Source of the DNA: Octopus sinensis
Taxonomy: Eukaryota
NCBI RefSeq assembly: GCF_006345805.1
Contig: NC_042999.1
Span: 135,966,001-136,030,000, forward strand
Length of the DNA: 64,000 nt
Direction: 5' to 3'
The notes under the pieces were generated by a model. It did no database searches and was not told where the DNA came from. It was given only the letters and a program-made list of their open reading frames with translations. The stretch's first letter is position 1. Each line of letters opens with the position of its first letter. The position numbers and the translations under genes are program-made. This document shows positions 12,414 to 26,700 of this stretch, in pieces.

Positions 12414-15400
12414 ATTATCAAAATTAATACCTTCAATTCTTATTTAAAATCATATACTTTACTACACTCGTTTCATGACAACATATTCCTCAGTATTGCT
12501 GAAATAGAATGTCTCTAAATACAATACCATATTAAAACGATTTATATTACCAATCTTCAGGTCTAGCATATATGAACTTATTTTGCTATTTGCATCCTAT
12601 ATAAAGACATGACAAACTAAAATTATATAACTAGAAGTTGTTGGAATAATTTTACTTTAGTAATTAATGAACAGAAATGTGGAATAAAAGTAGGAAAATG
12701 AATGTTAGTAAAAAGAAATGTTAACTTATCTGCATGGTAATTTTCTCTCCATGAATTAAACATGGCTACCAGCAATAATATAATCCAACATTGAGAGCTA
12801 CTTTTTGGGGGAGATAATTCTTATTAACATTTAAAAGTCCTTAAAAGGTATTTTCTATTATTTAAAATAATAAATCAGGAGAAGCCAGAAGTGAGTGTAT
12901 GATGGGAATAGTCTTCTTTTTTTTCTTGTTTAATTCATTTTATTTATATGTTAACTTTGATAAAAAATAAATTTCTAGGTTGGTAAATAGGTAAACTAAA
13001 TTACTCAACTTATAATTTTAAAATATTTAAAATATTTTGAAATAAGTAAAAGTCAGTAAAAATTAGTAAAAAACTAATTTTTTATCATTTTTATAATTAT
13101 AATACAATTAATATATATTGATTATAGTATTTTTATTAAAATTGAGTTTCTAAATCAAGATTAAAAATTCCCTCACATGACACCCTACTGCTTCAAATGC
13201 ATTGGGCAACGTAGTTCCTGATAAACACACACACACATGCATGCATGTATACACACACACACATGATGATTGCTTTATATTGTCAGATGATAGCTGTCTC
13301 ATATTCAGCCTGATTGTCCTGATCTGCTTTCATCCTTGCATGTAAGCAGATATGACTTTACATGTTGCCATGCATTCAATCCATCACCAAGAAATGAAAT
13401 AGTGAGTCATCAGTACATCATTACATATAAGTGACAAAAGCTTGTACAACACCTTTATCACTCTCTTGGCCACCATAGTAGGCTCTAGTGTCAAGCATTG
13501 CAAGAAAACTAATACTACTATTTTGAGTGCAAGTTTTAAGTCAGAGTATCTTTTTCCTAGAAGAGCTGCCTTCCTCACAGCTTTATCAAAAATAATAGGA
13601 GTTTCCTCTACCCCTGGGAAATTTATTTAACCCTTAAATGGAACTTTGACTACTGTTCCAGATCAGAACAGACATAGGAGTAATGATAAATTAAAGTGTG
13701 ACTACATGCTCCCCACAACTCTAGAACTTCTGAACTGAAGCCTCTCCATCAGATGCAGTTTAATGTCATACCCAGGACATACATACATACATACATACAT
13801 ACATACATACATACATACATACATACATACACACACACATGCATACATACATACATACATACATACACATACGTACATACATACAAACATACATACATAC
13901 ATACATACATACATACATACATACATACATACATACACATACATACATACATACATACATACATACATACATACATACATACACACATACACACACATAC
14001 ATACATACATATTTAGAAAGGAAACATTATGGTTGGAACATGCTGAGCTAGGCCTAAACAGTAGAAACAAGTGCTTGAGGATTTGCCCTTTATTGTTTCT
14101 AAGACAGTATTTCTCATGGTAGTGCTAATTGTTGAGGACAGGATGTTGGTTTCTAAGGACTGCAAAAAGGGAAAAACTGCCCTGTTCAGATGGTTTCCAA
14201 TTTTGCAAACTTGTCTAACACCATGGTGAAGAAAAAAAAAAAGGATTAACATCTTCAGGCATTGAGCCTCACAAATGTCTGGCAGTTTGCTGGCTTGAAA
14301 GGACATGTCAAGCTAAGTAAAATCATGGTTGTCCTTGCATATAGGCATGCCCCCTACATCCCTCTTTAGCTGAGCAGTCCTTATCTTGCAAGCTTGTGTG
14401 AGCTGGTGTCACATCAAAAGTACCCATGCCAATGCTGTGTAAAGGCACTCATGCTAGTGCTGTGTAAAAACACCCAGGACATGCTATAAAGTAGTTGGCA
14501 TTAGGAAGGGTATCTAGTTGTAGAAACCATGCCAAAACAAACATGGAACCTGGGTAGCTCTTCAACTAACCTGCTCCTGTCAAACTGTTCAACCCATGAC
14601 AGCATGGAAAACATGTTAAATGATAATGATGATGATGATGATATCTCTTTTGCTTTTGCATTATTAAAGAAAGAATGGTGTCATCAAAAAAATTTCACTA
14701 ATATTTGCCAGTTGTAGAGAGATGCAACAAGAAAAAAGAAACCACAGACCATGATCCCAGTCTACTTTGACATTTCATCTTTTCTCACAACACTTGGCAA
14801 AATATGGACATGATTAACCAGATATGTTAGAGATGGTGTTCTGGAAATCTCTACACTGAATTTGTAAGCCAACTGGACTGAGAAAGGTGTGAAAAATGTG
14901 GTAAGGAATCTGAAGCTAAGATTGGAAATGTAATATATCTTATGGGGGGTAAACAAGGATGAGACAAACCATATTTTGATTGAAGGTAAAGGGGACAAAA
15001 ATATGGGGAGAGAGAGGGGAAAAGAGGGAGTGAGAGAGGGAGAGAAGGAGAGAGAGAGAGGGAAAGAGGGAGAGAATGGAGAAAGAATGAGAGTGAAAAG
15101 ATATACAAAAAAAAAACAACGGAAAATAAAAAGAGATGGAACAGAGAAGATGAAGCAGAGCAATCACTAATAACTGACCTCATCTATATTAAATGAGTAT
15201 TTATACATTTAGTAGAAAATAATCTAATGATAGGTTAACTATGGAACCAATAAACAGAAAAATATAAAACAACAAAAAAAGCATATCATAATGGACAGAA
15301 GTTTCTAGAAATAATTATGGAATGATACAAGAGAAATAGATCAAAGTAAATTATATTTAATTAGATAAAGCAAACAAATACAGCATCAACAATAATTATC

Positions 15401-16025
15401 ATGAAGGGAATAAGATATTGATTTAGTGTGGCTTATATCTTTAATAATAATAATAACAATAATGTTGATAATAATCTGGATAATAATAACAGTAACATCA
15501 ATCATAACGGTGAGAATATATAGATTTTCATACATTCTATATTATCACCACTCCAGTTACTATGAGGACTACTATAGCAGCAATGATGATGGTGATGGTG
15601 ATGATTCTTTTATTGGCTACAAGGACCTGAAACTGTGGGGACAGTACAAAGGTAAAAAAACAAACAAAAACAAATAGCAAACAAGAGATGATAGAGGATT
15701 TACATAGAGTAAATGGTGAGATGAATAATAAACAATAGTGACACATTTGTTCATAAACATAACCATATTCATTGTTTCATAGTTCCTTACATAGATACAA
15801 GGTTTCAAATTTGGAGGGAGGGAACAGTTGATAAGATCATTACCCAGAATACTGGTATTCAAGTTGTTCACCATGGAAGGATGAAGAGAAAGGCTGACTC
15901 TGGCAAGATTTGAACTCATGATATAATGGGACATGAAATATCACAAGGATGCTACACTGATTCTGCCATCAATTGCTCTCATTTACTACTACTACTACTA
16001 CCACCACCACCACCACCACCACCAC

Positions 16026-17148
16026 TGCCTGAAATCCCAATTTTTGAGGATAAAATGGATTTGTACTGACATGGCGGATTACTGGAAACATGCAAATGCT
16101 TTTGTACACCATTATGTCAAACACAGTTACAGTGAATCACGGTTAAAAGAAATAGCAAATGGGATAGCTAAGATTAGCAAAGAAAGTTTAACCTTTACGC
16201 ATAATTTTAGCAAACACAATACAATATGTGACAAAATTCCTTTAGTGATTAACTGGCACCAAACTTTCGCTGGCATTTCAAAAAGTATTGCATGAAAGTT
16301 ACCAGCATGTTGCAGAAAAATATCCTCATTTCAAACAGATATTTCCTCTGCCACCTATTGTAGCCTTTAGACGGAATAAAAATATATGGGAACTACTGAT
16401 CTCTATTCCTGACTCTAAGAAAACTAACATTGGAGTACCTGCATGCTATACCTTGAAGAAAAGCCGCAAGAGAGGCAAGCCCTATTCATTGTGCAACAAC
16501 ATGAGTCAAGTGAATTCCATCAGGAATCATAACAGAAATGTTTTGATTTATACAGAAGGTGGGATATGTAGAGATTCCCATTTGGTGTATGTGGTAGAAT
16601 GCACTAACTACGACTTGATTTATGTTGGTTGTACAACAGAACAATTAAACAAAAGATTTAATGGGCACAGATATGACATCAGGCACAATAACAGTAGTTC
16701 AAGAGAACTTGCCGAACTTCTTGCTTCAAACGGCTGAAATTTTGAAAAAGACTTGAAAGTGCATATTCTTAGAAAATATTCTGAATCTGTTTCACTTTCA
16801 TTACTCAAAATGCATGAGGAGAAATATGTTTGCAGGTTACTAACAACATACTCTGGAAGAATGAATAAAATGACAGGAGAATAACATCAAATTTATACAA
16901 AACTTTTTTCTCTCTATTTTTTCTGTCTTTTTCTTTTTGCCAGTTATAAAATTGAAACTTAAAGACTGATGATGTCATTCCATCGACATGTGGACACTGG
17001 TTGCTCTTGTAAATACTTTTGATTTGAAGTTCTATAATTTTGAACTTTTATCATTTTGTATTTTGAATTCAACAGACAAGCTTGCTGTCAAAATATCATT
17101 CAACCAATAAAATATTTATTGCAGTTGCATTGCACTTTTCGTCTTGTC

Positions 17149-17150
<2 letters not shown>
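16026..17150 (+). mobile_element. Penelope-like retroelement remnant: RT thumb/linker plus GIY-YIG endonuclease, 5'-truncated and disrupted
   Basis: Motifs SQFLRIKWIC, KIPLVINWH, IFPLPPIVAFRRNKNIWELL, CRDSHLVYVVECTNYDLIYVGCTTEQLNKRFNGHRYDI and HEEKYVCRL..YSGRMN are typical of Penelope-like element C-termini. Frameshift near 16290, stop at 16735. Bounded by (CAC)n and (TAA)n. Confidence 0.85.
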
Positions 17151-17180
<30 letters not shown>

Positions 17181-18231
17181 TAATAATAATAATAATGATA
17201 ATATCAATGAGGATGATGGAGAAACAATGATCTATAATATGCTCTGGTCTATGTATGGTAACATGGTAATACTTTTGACTATGGAATGAAACTGAAGACA
17301 ATTATACATGCAGCACCAATAATATTATTCTGCTATAGTCTACATATATAACCTTTAACTATGGAATGAAATCAAAGATATAATGTATTATATATACAAC
17401 ATACATGTTTGTAAGATAATTGAGTAATAAATTATGGAATGAAATTCAACACATTTCTATGCATATTAAAGTTATTGTCAGTTTTGACTTTTGTCAATTT
17501 TTATACTGTCTAAATCCAATCTACTTCAAATTACTTTAGTGCCTATTATTGTGTTATGCTTGTCCTAGATACTAAATCTGAAGGAGGTAATTTTAAATGT
17601 CTTCCTTAAGGCCATATAGTAGCAATTTAGATGTATTTAAAACTGACATTGATAGAGATGAATACAGTATGTTAAGATTAGTTTTACTGTAATCTAGAGC
17701 CATTAGATCAGTTTTACTGTGATTTCAACTGGTGGTAACTATGTACAAAATATTAGACATAGGTCCTTTGATGGAAGACCTGTGTTCAAAATGTGAGACT
17801 TTTCCCCTCATAACAATTGAACATATTGAAACCTATAAACTCTCTTGGGCTGTTGCCAATGCAGGCCCTCACCTATTCCTGCAAATTCTATAATTTATTG
17901 TAGTTGTCTATAGTCATACTGCAAATTGGCAGAGTAATTAGATTTTCGGATTAAATGGCTCATGGTATTTGTTGTGATTCTCTGGACTATGAGTTCAAAT
18001 CTCACTGAAGTTAACTTTGTCTTTTATCCTTTCAGGGTTGATATAAAAATATCATCTCAGGAAAGTGGATTGGTAGAACTGTAACAATACATGTCTGGAT
18101 ACCTTGTGGTATTTAATCTGGCTCTTTACATTCTGAGTCAAGCCCCACTTAGATGCTTAAAAGCTACCCTTGCCAACTGCAAGTCTAACATGTGAGTAAA
18201 TCCTCAAAACATAGGCTAGCATCATACAGAT

Positions 18232-18562
18232 CAGTGCTACTCAAAGTGGTGGTCCAAGTACTGGTGCCGGTCTGTGAACCATTAGTTGTCAGTACACGGC
18301 GAGTTTCCAGAAAAGAAAGAATAGCATAATTTCAGTAATTTTGCATTATGCACTGCAGTAAACAACTTATCAGCTTATGTAATATTGTATTATTTGTTTA
18401 CAAAATAAATATAAAATTTAAAAAATTGTCAACTTTTATCATATTCTTTATATATATTGTTTCTGGTATAAATTTATATTACTGAGAAATATTACCAGTC
18501 CCTGGCACATTGGAAAAGAAAGAACTGCTGCTACGCCACATCAGATAGTTTGAGAAGCACTT
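18232..18562. mobile_element. hAT-type MITE
   Basis: TIR cagtgctactcaaa / tttgagaagcactt. 8-bp TSD ATACAGAT (18224-18231) and ATATAGAT (18563-18570). Confidence 0.8.
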
Positions 18563-19064
18563 ATATAGATACTGTAGGGCAAGGGTTGAGAAAAAGGTTC
18601 TTTCAAGTAGAGAAACATGTTCCTTAGTGAATGAAGGAGTAAATGAATGAGTCTATAGTTAGGTCAGTTTTTACTATGACTTTACCAATTGGTAACTATT
18701 ATAATAAGGATCAGTTTGACTGTGAGTTCACCTAATGGTATCAAGTCAGTTTTACAAGGATTTCATCAACTGGTAACTTTCTATTTTAAGATCAGATTTG
18801 TTGTGGCATCACCAGGTGATATCTACTTATTATCAGGTCAGTATTATTATGACTTTATCTATTAGTTAGCTTTTTCACGACATCAATTATTTGTAGCAAT
18901 GCAGCTAGAAAAGTTTCGCCATGACATCAATTATTCAGCAATTATTACTAAAGAAATGTTGCCTTTACACTACTTAATTGTAACTCTTTATTTCCAGAAT
19001 AATTTCACCATTGCTCTAGTTACAGGTTAATTTTATCATCATGTCATCTATTTTTATCTATAGT

Positions 19065-19620
19065 AGGAACAGTTTTACTATGATCTCGCATTGAGAGAAC
19101 AGATTTACAATGATGTTACCTATTTGCAACAATCTTATTGCCAGAACAGTTTTACTTTGATGTAATCTATTATAACAATCTATTGTCGGAACAGTCTTGC
19201 TATGATGTTACCTATTTGTAACAATCTTATTGCCAGAACAGTTTTACTATGATGTAATCTATTATAACAGTCAATTGCCAGAACAGTTTTACTATGATGT
19301 AATCTATTATAACAGTCTATTGCCAGAACAGTTTTACTATGATTTAATCTATTATAACAGTCTATTGCCAGAACAGTTTTACTATGATGTAATCTATTAT
19401 AACAGTCTATTGCCAGAACAGTTTTACTTTGATGTAATCTATTATAACAGTCTATTGCCAGAACAGTTTTACTATGATCTAATCTATTATAACAGTCTAT
19501 TGCCAGAACAGTTTTACTATGATGTAATCTATTATAACGGTCTATTGTCGGAACAGTCTTACTATGATGTCACCTATTTGTAACAATCTATTGTCAGAAC
19601 ATTTTTTACAATTCTGTTAT
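19065..19620. repeat. 45-bp minisatellite with a homogeneous core at about 19230-19580
   Basis: Unit tgccagaacagttttactatgatgtaatctattataacagtctat. Degenerate units extend to about 18650-19800 and 17670-17745. Confidence 0.95.
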
Positions 19621-20627
19621 CTATTTGTAGCAATTTATTTCCTAAACTGTTTTACCATGACATCACCTTTTGGTAACTGCCTGTTTCCATGATTTCCACC
19701 TACATGTTTCTAAAGTAGTTTTACCATACTATCACCTATTTGTAGCTACTTGTTGTCAGAACAGTTTTAACATGACTTCATCCAGCAGTAATTATCTATT
19801 ATCAGAGGCCTATACTAGAGATCTGGACCAGTCACGCATTTGTTACCATAACAAAGTCAACTGCCTCCTTGCTGTCAAGTAGATTATTACTAATAACCCT
19901 ACAGCATTATTCCTGTGAGAACTGTTATGCTCACAAGCTTGCTGATACAGCTCCCTTCTCTCTTGAACAATATAATGCAGCATACAAATTACAAGCAATA
20001 AAATCATTTTAAGTTATCTTCAGAGTTGAGCATTGCACTTATTACAATTTATAGCCTTCATATGACATAACAGTTGTGGTGAGTTACAGCAATGTGTGTG
20101 TGTGCATGCAAGTGTGTGTGTGTGTGTGTGGTGTGTGTGTGTGTGTGTGTGCGTGCGTGCGTGTGTGAGTGCGTGCATGCCTGTGTGCAAGTGTGTGACT
20201 GAGTAAGCGTGTGTGCTCTTGGTTATTTCAAACAGCTTACATGGAGGTAATCGCATGACATATAAAAAATTAAAGCTAGAATTCCTAATAGAGTATATTG
20301 ATAATCAAAGTAGTTGCGTAGAGTTCAGCTGGCTGCTACTGAATCAATGGTGTTGAATGATGAAGGGAATATTTCAGGATTTATGATTGTTTAAGAACAT
20401 CTGCTGGAAAAAATTCACATACAAATAGCTAAATTCTAATGTTGATTGACTAGGAAAAAAAAAAAAATAACCCCAAAGACTTGCCTTATGTTATGTAGTA
20501 AATAGTATGTAGCTCTTTGTTGATTTAATATATCAGTTTATGCAAGGCAAGTGCGTATATGAGAGTATATGAGTTCGTGCTTTATAAGTTTGAATGTTGG
20601 CAAGATAACTACAGTATATTATGTATG

Positions 20628-20700
<73 letters not shown>

Positions 20701-21551
20701 CTTTATCATCTGTCCATGAAAATAGTCGTATCTGTATGTATGTGTGTGTATTTATAGAGAGAAACAAGAAAGTTCCAGTACTTTGTCTGCTTTTGCAAAA
20801 TTCTAGTAAATTGATATTGATTGTCTGATTTTAAAAAGAGAGAGAGACCTGAGTCATGTAAGTGATGTGGGGGCATCAATAGTTGCAATAACAACAAAAT
20901 AAATAGCAAATAAGAACAACAACATCAGAACTATGAGATAAATCAGCCATTTAGACAGCCATAGCAATAAAGGAATAAAACAAAATCCCCATTCAATCAT
21001 CCATGGACATCCAGAAAAACCTAACTAGATAATATATCTTGATAAATGTTTATGGCTATCTCTTTAAACCAGCCTGCTGGTTTGGTTTGAGATTAAATAA
21101 TTATCTTCCTAAATTAACGAAATTCTAAGACACCATAAAGTAATCTACCATACATTTATATATTTCTAAGGAAGCAAATACGAAGAAGGATTGTGGCACA
21201 GTGGTCAGGTACTGGAATTAAAACTCTTCAGAAGTAAGTTTAAGTTCTGCTTATAAATCAATATTTTTTTTAAATATTCAAAGTTAGAGAAAAAGTGTGC
21301 AATTATTATGTAATCTGTTTTGTTGTATTATGATTTATCTCTGCTGACTGGGTTTCTTTTGATTAATCAGAAATAGATTGAAATGGTTGAGAGACATGTG
21401 TGGATATTATGTATGCCAGTTTCTCAATTTCCAGGATTTTGTTTTGTATATTCAGTGAATGCTAATGAAAATGATGATGATATAATCATTATCATCATCA
21501 TTATTATTATAATTATTATTATTATTATTTTTTTATTATTATTATTATTAT

Positions 21552-22103
21552 TGAGTGAGAGAGCAGTTCATGCCATCAAAGTGACACTGGGGTCAAATAT
21601 ACGAAGCCCAATATACCCATCATGACTACCCATCTGATAAAGGTACACCAGGCACATGCATCACAACCATATGTGCGCGACATGGTGATCTCATATCAAG
21701 ATAAAAAGCACATGACCTTGCAGGTGGAGCCCAGTTAGAATTTTCTTCAGGTTGAGTAGCCCATCCTGCTCAAAAGGTCCCTGAATAAGGGTTGCTTTAG
21801 GATGTTGAACGAAACACCTATGTTTCCAGAGGTGAATTATTCAAACCCCAAAGAATCCCTCTCAACACATGGCCATGATGCTCCCCCACTACTTCTGCTT
21901 GTGATCAGAGATGCACATATCGTCAGCCACTAAGGGACATGCTCAACTGGTTAAGGCCAAACAACTGACAAGCAAATCTGTGGTATTGAGCAGAATATTT
22001 GCTGTAGCCCATCTTTTATACCAAGACAAAACAATGTACATGATAACACTTCCAATCAGTTAAGATCAGAAGCCATGAGAGCCACTGCCTGGTACTGCAT
22101 CAG
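21552..22103 (-). mobile_element. Retroposed interspersed repeat ending in a (TAA)n tail
   Basis: GC-richer block of about 550 bp abutting the (ATT)n tract at 21480-21552. No ORF. Family not assigned. Confidence 0.5.
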
Positions 22104-22104
22104 C

Positions 22105-22322
22105 AAGCTGGCTCCAAGTCTCTCCCAGAGACCTCAAGAGACAACAAGTTGGAAGTTCATGTTGGTGTTATGCCTAGGGTGCCATATATTTGGTTTTGTA
22201 CTTAGTGTTGTACTAGTGAATGCCTAAAAAACCATATGAAAATTATGTTTTAAAACTTGAGATTACAAAGATTATTATTATTATTATTATTAATTATCTT
22301 TTGTCAAGTTTCTATCACTAAA

Positions 22323-22373
<51 letters not shown>

Positions 22374-22387
22374 CATTATTATTATTA

Positions 22388-22421
<34 letters not shown>

Positions 22422-22613
22422 TATTATTCTATGTTTGACTTTTGCTTTACATTTGCACAAGCTGGCTCCAAGTCTCACCCAGAGACCTCAAGAGACAACA
22501 AGTTGGAAGTTCATGTTGGTGTTATGCCTAGGGTGCCATATATTTGGTTTTGTACTTAGTGTTGTACTAAAAAACCATACGAAAATTATGTTTTAAAACT
22601 TGAGATTACAAAG

Positions 22614-22652
<39 letters not shown>

Positions 22653-22681
22653 CTTTTGTCAAGTTTCTATCACTAAACATT
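22105..22681. repeat. Tandem duplication (period about 355 bp) of a LINE-like 3' end within (TTA)n
   Basis: 22105-22326 is nearly identical to 22459-22681. The minus strand ends gaggtctctgggtgagacttggagcc...aaaagtcaaacatagaa(taa)n. Confidence 0.8.
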
Positions 22682-23759
22682 TACTTGTTTATTTATTATT
22701 ATTATCATTACTATTATGTATATATATTTCATTCAGTTCTCATAATAAAATACATTATATAGCTTAAGTCATAATGTACAATTAGAGTAGCTCAGTATTT
22801 GGTTAGACCAGTGGAAATGAAGGATGGGAGTGACCATGAGTGACTGTTGAATAATGATGTAAGGTAATGAATGTTTTGGTCAGGTTGGGTGTGGCCACGT
22901 ACATACCTATGCATTATGGAGGAGAGAGAGTGAAGTTGCAAGTTATATTTAATTATTTATTGTTATCATAAAATCATATTGCTTTATTAGTATTTTGAAT
23001 AAGTTAATATGTGAAATATTTAAATAGAAAATTTTGGCATGAAGTTAATTGTAGGGTAATGTAGGAGAAGCCTATAATAAAGATGTAATTATAGGCACAT
23101 GAACCATGACCTCTTACCATGCTGTAACTTTGCCAAAACAAGACCTTTTGCATCAATATTGACAAGTTTATAGGTTTACAGCAACATAATGAAACAGGCA
23201 CTTTTCTAGTGTTTTACATATTCTTCAATTATCATACATTAACTCTAATGGTTATCGTCTTGTAATTTTACCTAATCATTGTAGGGAAACCCTTGAACTA
23301 AGCCTCTGCCCAATAATGAAATAATTTTCATCTTAGTAAAACTACCTCATATTATTATTGTATAGGCTGGGCTGAGATGAACCTGGCTTGCAATGGCTCA
23401 CATGAACTAGTTGTTCATATTTTCATAAATATGATTTTTTTTGTCAAGTTATAAAAGAGAAAACAAAATAAAACAATAATGTGGGTTAACTAATACCTTG
23501 TTTTAATTCATTAGTAAATTTACAGTTTTCTACATAATATCAATGCTTCGTTTTTCTTAATTTTAAAACAAGTTACTTCACTTCTAGCAAGCAGGCTATG
23601 AACCAGACTATATTCAAATGATGTCTTGTTTTTAGTGTTACTTAATATATTCTGCTAGCTCACTGACAATTCAGTTGGTCCTTTATTGTTTTGAGGTGAA
23701 AGTGTGAAGAAATGTACATGAATATTTGTATGTAACTGTATGTATGAGTGAATGTATGG

Positions 23760-23791
<32 letters not shown>

Positions 23792-26700
23792 GTGTGTGTG
23801 TGTGTGTTTGTAATTATGAGGGCATACATATGTTCCATCTTATCTTCAGCTTCTTTGCATCTGATCCATAATGCTTTAATCTCTTATAACTGTATCTTTA
23901 TATGTGATTCTTTGAGGTATTGTTCTTATCAGCTTTACCACAGACATCAATCTATTATTGTAACTGTATATGTGTGATTCTTTAAGGAATTATTTCCATC
24001 CAACTTCTTCTTAACTTCCATGCACTCCATTTCTTTAATCTATCATTGTAACTGTATCTCTATATTTAGTTATTTGAAGTATTGCATCTATCTACCTTTT
24101 TGACACTTTTCTTTTTCCACCATGGATTCTTAGATTCTCAACTTCTCATAGAACTCATTTTGCTAAGCCAAGCATCTTACTAAACTACCAGTTTTTGTCC
24201 CCATTTCCTCACGCTCATATGAAGAACAAGAATGGTGGAACATTATGAACTTATCCATTACGCAGAGCTTTTTATTGACTGGTCTTTTTTTCTGACTTTG
24301 GCCATCAACAGTTTTTAAAAAATTCAAGAACCATTTAGAAATAAATAAGGTATGTAAAAATGTTTATATTCTTTAAGAATTAAAAAGAAAAAAAGAAGCA
24401 CTGATACAAATGTTAGCTAATACTTCTTTATTACTAGAGTTGAATTTGAAAAAAAATCGATTTGCCTACCTTAAATATAAACATATACAGCTATTATCAC
24501 ATGCATTTGAACACTATATTAATATAATATGGTGAACCTCAGAAGAAATTTTATAAACTTTGCTAATCCTCATGCACACACACAAGGTATTGAGACCTTT
24601 GCTTTCATGCCAATAAAAAATTGATGTGGATAAATAGTACATCAGAAGAATTATGTGGGTGTAAGGATCTGTGAGGAGATTGTACAATGAAACACATGAG
24701 CATGGTGATGGTTGAGCATTTGAAAAAAGAACTCCTGTTGCTATACATGAATAATATGTTCTTTAATTGTTTGTTTATATCCTTGATTGGTTAAAAATAA
24801 TATTCTTCATTTCTTTTTATAGCATAAAACTATTGTTTTTAATATCCATTGATTTACAGTGCTTTATATAGATTATTTAAAAATTTAATTTCAAACATTT
24901 TTGAAGTTAGAAAGCTAAAAAAAACAAACAATCAAGACTTCAGAATATATGTTTTATATTGAAGTGTATTCAATAAAGAAATAATTCAACAAACAAAAAT
25001 ATTTGAGAATGAAAGTATTTTGTAATTTACTTGGCATGCTAATATTTATTATTACTAATATTTTTAAAGGTTTTCTGATACTGTAATGTCAAATTTGAAT
25101 TTTTCCTTTACAGAGAACTGGTGTTTGTAGCTCAGGGAAATGGTTGTGAAAATTATAGCGTCTTACCACAAAGTACAGATATTCATAGATCCTTGTGATT
25201 ATAAGTAGTGAACATGTAGGGTTACTTATTATGTAGGGAAACCTCATGCTTGGATCTTCAAAAGCAAGAGATGTTATGGATATCAGATAGATAAACTGAC
25301 CTGATACCCAAGCACTTTTTAAGATCTTGAGTATGAACATGTATATTACAGTCATTTGGGGAATTAATGTAAATAATTCAGGTTAAATGAAGAGATCAAA
25401 TCATTGTCAAAAGAACACTCTGTCACCTCTTACAGATTGTCTGTGATCTCTGAGCATAAATCCCATTTTCGGTACTAGTGAGTGATAGACAGCAGAATCA
25501 GTAGAGTGTCAGACAAAATGCGTGAAATGTTGAGAATCTAAGGAGGTGAGGGGCAGAAAGGTAAACGAGTACAATACTTCAATTAACTAGATACAGAGAT
25601 AAAGCTACAATGGCAGATTAGAGTATTGGAGTAAAATGAAGGTGGATAAGTTAGATGGAAGCAATACATCAAAAAAGCCACATATAGGCTGTTACAATAA
25701 TGGATTAATGTATTATGATAAGGTTGATGACAATATTACCTCAAAAATTGACATATATAGACACAGTTGTAACAGATTAAAGTATTATGGATGAGATGCA
25801 AAGTACCAAAGAGTGAAATGGTAACATACATATGCCCATATGATTATATAGTTATGTTCTAAGTTTAAATTCCACTTTTTATTAAATTCTGTATTCAAAT
25901 CTTATTTCATATATGACCGGCGAAGTTGACTTTGCACTAATCAAATATCAGAGTTTATTTAATCAACTGTAACTCTTCCTCAAAATTTGAAGTTTTGTAC
26001 CTGTGCAAGAAATCGTTAATTCATCAGATGAAGAAGTAGCTCCTACAGCCTTGGCTGGACTTCTAAAACATCACACTAATATTTATGAATGAAAAAAAAA
26101 AACTATCATTGTAAAAAATGTGTAGAATAAAGCTTAGAACAATTATATCTTCCTGGTATGATCATTCTCATTTGTAAGTTGATATACATCTATTTTTGTC
26201 AAGAAATCTATGAAATGACCTGTCTCATATCAAAAGTTATCGATCAGTTTGTCACTTTTATTAGAACTAATTTACCAAGCTTTAGATTTACAATGGTATT
26301 GGAGAGTTTCAATTCACTTTTTGTCCAATAAAGTTTGCTGTAGTTTCAAGGAGTTAAAAGCCATTTTTCAAGAGATATTCTCTATCAATATGATTTTATT
26401 TTCACCCTACTACCAAATTTCTCTTCTTATTGGCATTACAATTGATTCAGACAGATGATGTTTAGTGCCATCAGAGAAATAAACAAATTTGGAATACAGT
26501 CTGTGTATTTTGATGGTTTGATACAAATGACTATAGTCAGCACTATTAACTAGTTGCCTGCCAGGTATTATGTCTCAAATAGTTGCTGTTGCTCTAGTCT
26601 TTTAACTATCAAGAGATAAATGAGCTAGAATGATCAGCCTGTGAATCAGTAAATCAGTATGAGATTTATATGGATATGTCTGATAATAGCAAAACTGAGA

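Noticed and set aside
19230-19583. Tyrosine-rich repeat ORF as a reflectin-like or structural protein; also the array as a CRISPR
   Set aside because: No reflectin motif and no ATG or splice support. Units are contiguous without unique spacers and the DNA is eukaryotic.
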